Made by a program: the position numbers and the translations under genes. The notes under the pieces are model-generated. The model saw nothing but the letters and a program-made list of their open reading frames with translations. It made no database searches and was not told the DNA's origin. Below are positions 62,131 to 64,000 of a stretch of 64,000 nucleotides of DNA, piece after piece. The stretch's first letter is position 1; each line of letters starts with the position of its first letter. The DNA is from Saccostrea cucullata (lineage: Eukaryota), in assembly GCF_032062105.1 (NCBI RefSeq), contig NW_026920017.1:62001-126000 (forward strand). Direction: 5' to 3'.

Positions 62131-62889
62131 TCGAAGCCTCAACATTGCAATCAAATATTAAATATAGGCTTAATAGGAGATTAATTGTTTCTCCGAAATA
62201 TCGATGTAGATAGCTATAGACCCCTGATTTACAAGTCTTAGTGTTACACATGCTGAATGTTGTGTACTTTATGTGCATGACGTTTTATACCTGTTCTTAA
62301 ACTCCTTTAATAATATATAAATGAATTATTTTGTGTGCCGTAGATGTCATGAAAATGATATCACGAAATTATATTGTTTATATGTTCACTTGTATTTATT
62401 GTTTACTATACGTTTATATTACATCCCGAATTTCCTCGATTAAACTAACCTGTTCACAAAGGCCCATCCTATAAACAAAGAATACCCTAAAAGTAGACTA
62501 ACCTAAATGTTACCCAGGCATCTTTCTTTAACTCCATTACAGCATATGATGTATGCAACACCTTATTATTACCTAAGCGCCACTTTTGTTAACTTTGTGT
62601 ACTGTGTCTAAAAAAACGGCGCCAACCCGTACGGTACCTTTCGTATATGTTGTGCGTGACAAGGATCGCACTTACCGACAAAAACCCATACAAGCTAATT
62701 CAGAGAATGTGTATCCCCCGCTTAGGGAAAAGGTAAACCATGCGCAGTTCGGGGGAGGGGGGGTCAGATCCCCAAGACTGAAATTGTAGAATTATTAAAT
62801 GTATACATGTATACTGAAGTAAATAAAATATGTTAGTATGAATATAACGATTTGACTGCTTATAATAGTTATATAATTATAATATAATG

Positions 62890-63135
62890 CGGAAACGAAA
62901 GTGTTATAACAGACAGAATTTGCGAATTTATGACTTTGACCTTCAACCTTTTGACCTCAAAATCAATAGAGTTCTTCTTTAGTCCATAGGAAGTTGCTAT
63001 GCAAAATTTCATTGCGAAAGCTGAAGGGTTCTTGAGATATCGTGTGGAAACGAAGCGTTACAGACAGACAGAATGACGGACGGACGGACAGACCCAAATT
63101 AATATCCCCCACTTTTCAAGCGAGGGACAATAATA
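62890..63135. mobile_element. Helentron-associated HINE end fragment
   Basis: tgaccttcaaccttttgacctcaaaatcaatag core, (gacg/gaca)n microsatellite and terminal hairpin tcccc..cgagggac. Confidence 0.6.
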
Positions 63136-64000
63136 ATGGCCCAGATTGAAAATCGTCAGTGGTGTCAGCACTGCTAACGGGTATGGAGCAAGCAGCGCCA
63201 AATAGAATGGTAATAATCTCACCTTAATTTGTACATTTTGTGCTTGGGTGAATCTGATGCCATTTTATACCCAGTGTTTTAGGTCCCTCGATTTTCCTTA
63301 CATTAGGTGAAGTCTACCCATTTTCAGAGTAAAACACCCATTTCCCCAGTTTTTGCCACTTTTGTTGATTTTGCCCAAATTATAGTAAATTCCTGACTTT
63401 TTAGCTGTTTTAAGCTGTTGTTATTGATTTTTAATAAATTTGTAGAAAATTACACTTTTTCGTTTTATTGGGTAAATTTCAGAAATAAGAGACCCACATT
63501 CAATTTTTGTAACAGGGTAACCCATAAAGTGGTAAAAGAATACACTGTATTCAAAAACCACCACTACACTAAGAAACGTTACACAAGAAAACATGTAAAA
63601 CACTATTTTCATAAAAATAAAAAAAATCTTTAAATAGGTCACATGTATCCAATAATAAAAAGAGACAGCTGTTCCATATATTTTTTCAAAATTTCTTTAA
63701 TAAGTAAAACAATATGCATTTCTTTTCTTATTTCTTTTGTTAAGTATGAAAAAATTCTTTCACTCATCAAAAAAATGCATTCTAACTTAGTATTAAATCT
63801 GAACCCTAAAAAGGGAATGGTAATCAAGGAATCAAGAGGGCACTTTGTGTCGCGACAGGGCCTCAAGAGGGCACTTTTAAAACAAATGTTTTACATACTT
63901 TCACACGTTTAATTATTTTTAGTATCCTTTCATATTGAATCTTTATTTAACAAGTAATTAAAAGATACCGGTAAATTCATAAATCTGTATTCCATTCTTC

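Noticed and set aside
63340-64000. Possible DNA-transposon end fragment
   Set aside because: No partner TIR or TSD inside the window; cannot be supported.

Overview
AT-rich eukaryotic DNA with spliceosomal introns. The repeat repertoire (Helentron-associated HINEs, CAAT-tailed SINEs, Penelope-like tails, a C1q-domain gene) suggests a bivalve mollusc, most likely an oyster; this is an inference. One intact gene dominates: a minus-strand very large inducible GTPase (GVIN1/URGCP family). It can be reconstructed as a non-coding exon 1 (28941-28996, behind a TATA/Inr/CCAAT promoter), a short ATG exon (27928-27972) and a 6.16-kb coding exon (14615-20776), giving about 2064 aa. The protein carries a Ser-rich low-complexity block and a long charged coiled-coil. 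Downstream lies a C1q-domain exon with a premature stop. The rest is layered transposon debris. An intron-containing Sola-type element sits inside a mariner-type MITE inside a ~170-bp tandem array. A decayed Gypsy retrotransposon with a tRNA-Pro PBS is inserted in a Penelope-like RT fragment and is itself hit by three insertions. There are also an IS3EU-type element built of palindromic minisatellites, a 3.3-kb 22-bp satellite with higher-order structure, two inverted SINEs and two local duplications. One duplication gives a filled/empty site pair showing a TIR element that made no target-site duplication (Spy-like). No prokaryote-type system (CRISPR etc.) is supported, and I found no clear evidence of a wholly new system.
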